Source: an uncultured bacterium
GTDB lineage: Bacteria > Babelota > Babeliae > Babelales > Vermiphilaceae
Length of the DNA stretch: 64,000 nt
Reading direction: 5' to 3'
Assembly (NCBI GenBank): GCA_963702025.1
Contig: OY969699.1
Coordinates: 1,504,001-1,568,000, forward strand
Shown here: positions 59,238-64,000 of the stretch, piece by piece
Numbering within the stretch: the first letter of the stretch is position 1
Layout: every line of letters starts with the position of its first letter
Position numbers and translations under genes: made by a program
Notes under the pieces: model-generated
Told to the model about the DNA's origin: nothing
The model's database searches: none
The model's input: only the letters and a program-made list of their open reading frames with translations

Positions 59238-60290
59238 TTAGTTTATTTTAAAAAAACTTTTAACATACTGCAATGGATGAAAGGCTCCATGACTAATCTG
59301 ATTAATTTCATCTTGATAAAAGATCAATAAACCAATAAAAGTCACGAATGACGCGTATAAGAAATTGAGGGTGAGTGGTTCGCCAAGGAGAATATTACTA
59401 AATAAGTACACATACAATGGTACTGAAAACCCGGCAAGCGAAACAAAGGTTGCAGTATGCCTTTTGAGAAAGTGCGCATACATTGTGTAGCCGATCACGT
59501 TACCGATAATAATCGTGTAAAGAACTGCAAAAATTATTATATGGAGATTTGTGTCTGGCGTTACCGCTACATGCAAAAATTGTGTTGCATCAGAAAATGT
59601 ATACGGTGCAAAATAACCCTTCATAAAAGGAATTTTTTCTATTATAAAATTAGTACCTGCCCACAAAAAAGGAGTAACAAACGCAAGGATCCCACTTATG
59701 GTCATCAACAAACCATTTGCTTCGGGTGGTGTATAACGGTCTTTGCGTAATAATTGCTGTACCAACATCCATCCTATCCGGCCAATGGCCATGGCAAGCA
59801 GTGCGGCAATTTCCGGGTATGAGAATATTGACCAAGCAATAAGCTGATTTTCTCCCGTTGATGATGAAATAAGCAAAATGAGTGTCCCGGCAAAGCCGAG
59901 AATAATGCCAATTATTTTTTTCTTAGTAAGCCGTTCAGCCCAAAAAAGATACGCGTATAAGGCAGTTACAAAGGGGTCAAGACTCGCCAAGAATGCAGCT
60001 TTTGAGGTGAGCATATTTTTTAATGCATATGCTTTAAAAAGTGCCGGCACCAGCATAGTTAATAATGAAATACCCAACAGAATAAAAAGATCTTGTTTAA
60101 AATAGGCAAAAGAAAGCCGATGACTCTTTTTGCGATAATACAACAAAAGAATTATCCCCGCGCCCAACATGCGCAGACCGACCATTAATGAAAGAGAAAG
60201 CGCTGAAAGCGCATATTTATTGGCAACTGTTGCACTTGCTAAAAACGCAAAACCGAGAAAAACATCAAACATTACGGACAACCTTTGCAA
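59238..60290 (-). CDS. EamA/DMT family transporter
   Basis: Paralogue of 57609: LRMLGAG, SKAAFL, PFVTALY, YAHFLKRHTATF. Confidence 0.88.
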   Translation of the reverse strand: MQRLSVMFDVFLGFAFLASATVANKYALSALSLSLMVGLRMLGAGIILLLYYRKKSHRLSFAYFKQDLFILLGISLLTMLVPALFKAYALKNMLTSKAAFLASLDPFVTALYAYLFWAERLTKKKIIGIILGFAGTLILLISSSTGENQLIAWSIFSYPEIAALLAMAIGRIGWMLVQQLLRKDRYTPPEANGLLMTISGILAFVTPFLWAGTNFIIEKIPFMKGYFAPYTFSDATQFLHVAVTPDTNLHIIIFAVLYTIIIGNVIGYTMYAHFLKRHTATFVSLAGFSVPLYVYLFSNILLGEPLTLNFLYASFVTFIGLLIFYQDEINQISHGAFHPLQYVKSFFKIN

Positions 60291-60601
60291 GTGCTATCAA
60301 ATTTATTTAATATTATTTCCTTTAAAAGACTGGCCGCGCCCGCCATAGCTCGTTAGGTCGAGATAATTCATTTCGATGCAATGAGTCCAGCCTTCGCTTT
60401 TTTCTAGCCAGCTCATTAGTTCTAGCATTGAAGCTACGGCGGACAGCCTACGCTAGTTCTATCAAGCCCAAATTATTTCTATATCAATCCGTTAAAAAAC
60501 TGGCCGTGCCAGCCGTCCTTCGAGACGCAGCTTACGCTGCTCCTCAGGATGAGCGGAAGGACGCGTTTACTCCTGAGCTTGCCGAAGGGCTTGGCGTAGG
60601 C

Positions 60602-60688
60602 TGGTGCCGAGAGCCGGATTCGAACCGGCACAGTGTTGCCACCGCAGGCACCTGAAGCCTGTGCGTCTACCAATTTCGCCATCTCGGC
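60602..60688 (-). tRNA. tRNA-Leu(CAG)
   Basis: GCCGAGATGGCGAAATTGGTAGACGC, anticodon arm CAGGC-TTCAGGT-GCCTG, long variable arm, GGTTCGAATCC, CCA end. Confidence 0.95.
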
Positions 60689-60759
60689 ATATTTTCAATT
60701 AAGATTAGAATAAAGCAGTTATAAGAAAATGCAAAGAATAGTTTAAATAGGCCTATTTT

Positions 60760-61104
60760 TTAAAATTCTGCAAATTTCTTGCCTGCAAGAAAATGGATAT
60801 GACTATGAAAAACCACCTGCCCTGCATCAGCCCCATTATTCACCAATAATTTAAATGATTGGGACCCTGATAACCCTTTTGCTAATTGTTTTGCCATTAG
60901 TAGCATTTGACCAGCAAGATTGGTGTCAGAATCTTGAAATTCGGTAATATCAGCAATATGCCTTTTGGGCAGAATCAAATAGTGGATTGGCGCCTTGGGA
61001 TTAATATCTTTAATCACAATAATTTCTTGATTCTCTGCAATAATTGTTGCTGGTAATTCTCGAGCAATTATTTTACAAAAGATACATGAAGACATGTTAT
61101 TCAA
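60760..61104 (-). CDS. hinT: HIT family nucleotide-binding protein
   Basis: CIFCKI, DINPKAPIHYLILPKRH, GQVVFHSHIH. Confidence 0.92.
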   Translation of the reverse strand: MNNMSSCIFCKIIARELPATIIAENQEIIVIKDINPKAPIHYLILPKRHIADITEFQDSDTNLAGQMLLMAKQLAKGLSGSQSFKLLVNNGADAGQVVFHSHIHFLAGKKFAEF

Positions 61105-61339
61105 TCCAAAAATATTTTTATTATTATTTAAAAGAAGCTGACGGCTCTAGGTTGCTGCTCGTCCGTCTACGCTTTCACTTCGTCAATATCAATTACTAAA
61201 GAAGTTTGTGCTTCCCAGCCGTCGCTCTTCGAGCTATGGCGGGCAGGGCTGCCGGACAGTCTTCGCATCCTGCTTTTCAAATTTTTTGTTCTACCTTATA
61301 GGGTTGGCGAAGCCAGGCGTAGCCCGCTAGGGCGAAGAC

Positions 61340-61427
61340 TGGTGCCGGGGGTCGGACTCGAACCGACATGATGTCAAACATCGCTGGATTTTGAGTCCAG
61401 TGCGTCTACCAATTCCGCCATCCCGGC
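61340..61427 (-). tRNA. tRNA-Leu(CAA)
   Basis: GCCGGGATGGCGGAATTGGTAGACGC, CTGGA-CTCAAAA-TCCAG, GGTTCGAGTCC, CCA end. Confidence 0.95.
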
Positions 61428-61504
61428 ATTAAAATATGCTATTAATAATAGCGCAAATTACGCTATCGTCAATAAAAAACATCCCCTGTCTATATGCTTA
61501 TTGT

Positions 61505-62695
61505 TCAGATAACAAAGGCAACGTTCATGATTGGTGTATAAATCGCAACGATAAGTGTCCCAATCATAAGACCCAGAAATACCAGAAGACATGGACCAAA
61601 AAGTGCATTCGCGCGCGTCAAATTTTTTAAAAGGCGTTCTTCATGAAATTCGGCGATCCGAGTCAATATTTCTGTGAGCATCCCTGTCTCTTGCGCCACC
61701 TGCAAGAGCGCAATTGTTTCTTGATCACACAAAGTGGTACTTTCTTTCAATGCATGGGCCATTGTGTTGCCTGCTTTTACCTGATCGAATGCCCCATGTA
61801 ATTGCTTTCTTATATGCTGATTTGCAACAGACTCTTTTACAATATTGCATGCCTGAATAAGTGATGTGCCGCCTTCTAATAAAAGCGCCAGCGATTTAAA
61901 AAATGTTGCCATTGTATTTGCCGTATAAATTGCCGCTAAAAAAGGAACTCGCAATGTCAGAGCATCAATTCGCGATTTCCCCGAAGCGGTAGCTGCATAA
62001 ATTTTGGCACCATAAAAAGCTGCCGCACCGATGAGCATAAGCAAGATCATCTGCCAACTTTGAATAAAATTACTTACTCCAATTAAGAATTTGGTGCTAC
62101 CGGGCAACTCTTTGTGCAACGACCCAAAAACAGCCGTTAGTTGAGGCACCACAACAACTAAAATAATGGCAGTAACCAGTACAAAAAAAGCGGCAGTTAC
62201 TAACGGCAAAAGAAGCGCGCTGCGTAACTTTTTTTTAAATTCAGCAACCGATTCAAGATGTTTGCATAATACCTGCAGGGAACCTATGATATTCCCCGAT
62301 TCTTGTCCCACGCTCATCATTTGAACCATTATCGGACTAAAGAACTTGGGGAATTGGCACAACGCCTGCGATAAAAAGATACCATTATTAACTTGATGGG
62401 CAACGCCAGATGTTGCCGAGCCAAACCCGGTATGCGCGGTCTGGTGCGCAAGCAGAAAAAGTGCTTCAGGAAGCCGCATTCCTGATTTAATCAGCATAGT
62501 AAGTTGGGTGAAATAATGTATTTTATCCTGCAAACTCATCTGTTTTGATAGTCTAAATTTTTTCTGGCGGCAAGAAAGCAGCGCAACCTCTTGCTTTAAT
62601 AATACTCCATCGAGTTCTTCAGGAGTTCGCGCAAAATATATTCCTTTTTTTGTTCCTGCTTGCAGGGTAATGCCTTTCCATGAAAAATAGGGCAT
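61505..62695 (-). CDS. pilC: Type II secretion system F / type IV pilus platform protein PilC
   Basis: FTQLTMLIKSGMRLPEAL, GQESG, two GspF domains, terminal AIYTPI. Confidence 0.85.
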   Translation of the reverse strand: MPYFSWKGITLQAGTKKGIYFARTPEELDGVLLKQEVALLSCRQKKFRLSKQMSLQDKIHYFTQLTMLIKSGMRLPEALFLLAHQTAHTGFGSATSGVAHQVNNGIFLSQALCQFPKFFSPIMVQMMSVGQESGNIIGSLQVLCKHLESVAEFKKKLRSALLLPLVTAAFFVLVTAIILVVVVPQLTAVFGSLHKELPGSTKFLIGVSNFIQSWQMILLMLIGAAAFYGAKIYAATASGKSRIDALTLRVPFLAAIYTANTMATFFKSLALLLEGGTSLIQACNIVKESVANQHIRKQLHGAFDQVKAGNTMAHALKESTTLCDQETIALLQVAQETGMLTEILTRIAEFHEERLLKNLTRANALFGPCLLVFLGLMIGTLIVAIYTPIMNVAFVI

Positions 62696-62707
62696 AGCTC
62701 TCCTTGT

Positions 62708-62995
62708 TTAGAATACGGTAAGTTGACGCTCAATTCCCAATGCTGCCAGCAATTGTTCATAGGTAATATTCGTATCAATTTTTATTCTTTTATTGCGATC
62801 GGTTGCTCCCGAAACAATTGTTATATGATTTTGCGTAATTCGTAATGCCTTTGCAATAGTTTTAACGAGCTCCTCATTGGCAAGCCCGCGCTCGGCAGGA
62901 TTCTTTAAATAACCTTTAAGAATGCCTGATTTATCAATGATCCATCTGCTTTGCCCTGAAGAAGGAACCACTTTTATCTGAACAATTAATGCCAT
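62708..62995 (-). CDS. DUF167 (YggU/UPF0235) protein
   Basis: IKVVPSS, PAERGLANEEL, IVSGATDRNK. Confidence 0.85.
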   Translation of the reverse strand: MALIVQIKVVPSSGQSRWIIDKSGILKGYLKNPAERGLANEELVKTIAKALRITQNHITIVSGATDRNKRIKIDTNITYEQLLAALGIERQLTVF

Positions 62996-63087
62996 GATGT
63001 TCCTTTACAATTATGCTTTATCATAGACAATGCTTGCATAAAATCGCAAATAATTTATTCTTTTTGTATCTTTGAAAAATAAGTTAA

Positions 63088-63178
63088 GGAGAGATGGCTG
63101 AGTGGCCTAAAGCGCTTGCCTGCTAAGCAAGAGCTCCAGAAATGGGGCACGAGGGTTCGAATCCCTCTCTCTCCACCA
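63088..63178 (+). tRNA. tRNA-Ser(GCT)
   Basis: GGAGAGATGGCTGAGTGG, CTTGC-CTGCTAA-GCAAG, long variable arm, GGTTCGAATCC, CCA end. Confidence 0.95.
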
Positions 63179-63351
63179 TACTTCGCTAAAGCTTCGTATG
63201 GCAGGCCAGTTTCTTTTAAGGATTGGCTTAATTAAAATTTTGACATTAATAGCACTAAGCGAAGTATGCCCTTCGAAGCTCCGAAAGGAGCGAAGTAGGG
63301 CCTGGCGCAGCCTGGACTATTATGCTAAAGAGCAATTTTTAAAGATTTCAT

Positions 63352-63428
63352 GCGCCTATAGCTCAATTGGATAGAGCGTCAGACTACGGATCTGAAGGTT
63401 TAAGGTTCGACTCCTTATAGGCGCACCA
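63352..63428 (+). tRNA. tRNA-Arg(ACG)
   Basis: GCGCCTATAGCTCAATTGGATAGAGC, TCAGA-CTACGGA-TCTGA, GGTTCGACTCC, CCA end. Confidence 0.95.
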
Positions 63429-63619
63429 GTCTTCGCCTACGTGGGCTAGACTTCGAAGTATAAACACGGCTACGCCTGGCGCGGCCAGTCAATTATAGGG
63501 CGGAGTTTATCCTGAGCGAAGTCGAAGGGCCTGGCAGGCCAGTCTTTAAGGAAGCAAAATAAATTATAATAGCAAAATGCGAAGACTGTCCGGCATAGCC
63601 CGTATGGGCGACGACGGAC
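63429..63619 (+). repeat. Palindromic tRNA-trailer element upstream of the GIY-YIG gene
   Basis: CCA-GTCTTCGC...GGCTACGCCTGGC, then GCGAAGAC-TGTCCGGCATAGCCC..GGGCGACGACGGAC; related trailers follow the other three tRNAs. Confidence 0.75.
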
Positions 63620-63654
63620 TAGCTGGCATCTATTAAAGTTTTTTACCTAATAAC

Positions 63655-63918
63655 ATGATGCATTACGTATATATATTAAGATCTGTAAATTTTCGTAACC
63701 AGATTTACATTGGTGTAACTGTAAATCTGAAGAAAAGACTCTCAGACCATAATTGTGGAAATTCTGCTCACACTTCAAAATATAAGCCATGGGAATTAAA
63801 TTCTTATCATGCATTTAGCAATGAAAATACTGCTATAGCTTTTGAGAAGTATCTTAAGACACATTCTGGTAGAGCTTTTCTTAGCAAAAGATTAGTATCA
63901 AATAACATTCGCCCGTAA
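63655..63918 (+). CDS. Small GIY-YIG nuclease family protein
   Basis: HYVYILRS...IYIGVT.NLKKRL.DHN.G...TSKYKPW...AIAFEKYLK. Confidence 0.9.
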   Translation: MMHYVYILRSVNFRNQIYIGVTVNLKKRLSDHNCGNSAHTSKYKPWELNSYHAFSNENTAIAFEKYLKTHSGRAFLSKRLVSNNIRP

Positions 63919-64000
63919 AGGGCTTGCATCATCGCCCTTCGAATACTTCTACCTCTTGCAAATTGTGCCTCAAATAGTGTAATTTTTATATATCTAATCA

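Noticed and set aside
25230..60290. Ordinary O-antigen or capsule locus
   Set aside because: No flippase, polymerase, ABC exporter, chain-length regulator or initiating transferase seen; genes are on mixed strands and carry leaders. Such genes could still lie elsewhere in the genome
60428..60682. ORFs of 75 and 67 aa
   Set aside because: They overlap tRNA-Leu(CAG) and its repeat trailer
61505..62695. PilC/GspF as the export route for the secreted enzymes
   Set aside because: Single gene among housekeeping genes and tRNAs; proximity alone does not link it to the cluster
60602..63428. tRNA-anchored integrative island
   Set aside because: No integrase and no duplicated tRNA 3' end (att site) found in the window

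Overview
AT-rich bacterial window. Gene style and content suggest an intracellular protist parasite such as Ca. Dependentiae/Babeliae (inference; no marker gene here). Four blocks: (1) 0.3-22.8 kb, a minus-strand array of secreted surface proteins. Seven tandem delta-60-repeat (beta-propeller) paralogues carry different C-terminal ends: tail-fibre-like, C1q/BclA-like, beta-helix-like, and collagen G-X-T stalks, one about 850 aa long. (2) 23-25 kb, an AAA+/DUF4143 ATPase and a MazEF-like toxin-antitoxin pair. (3) 19.6 kb plus 25.2-60.3 kb, about 29 glycan-building or glycan-modifying genes (GT2, GT4, GT6, GT11, GT17, COLGALT-like, about 12 SAM methyltransferases, a sulfotransferase, WecB, two Gmd). 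Essentially every one begins with a Sec-type signal peptide, including enzymes that are normally cytoplasmic. No flippase, polymerase or initiating transferase is present, and the block ends in two EamA/DMT transporters. This is the main candidate novel system: an exported, Golgi-like glycosylation toolkit next to its likely Thr-rich fibre substrates. Two genes are split by IS elements with visible TIRs and TSDs, and one by a frameshift. (4) 60.3-64 kb, four tRNAs, each followed by a co-varying palindromic trailer, plus hinT, pilC/gspF, DUF167 and a GIY-YIG nuclease. Nested REP/MITE-like palindromes are scattered through the intergenic regions. All family calls come from motif recognition, not database searches.
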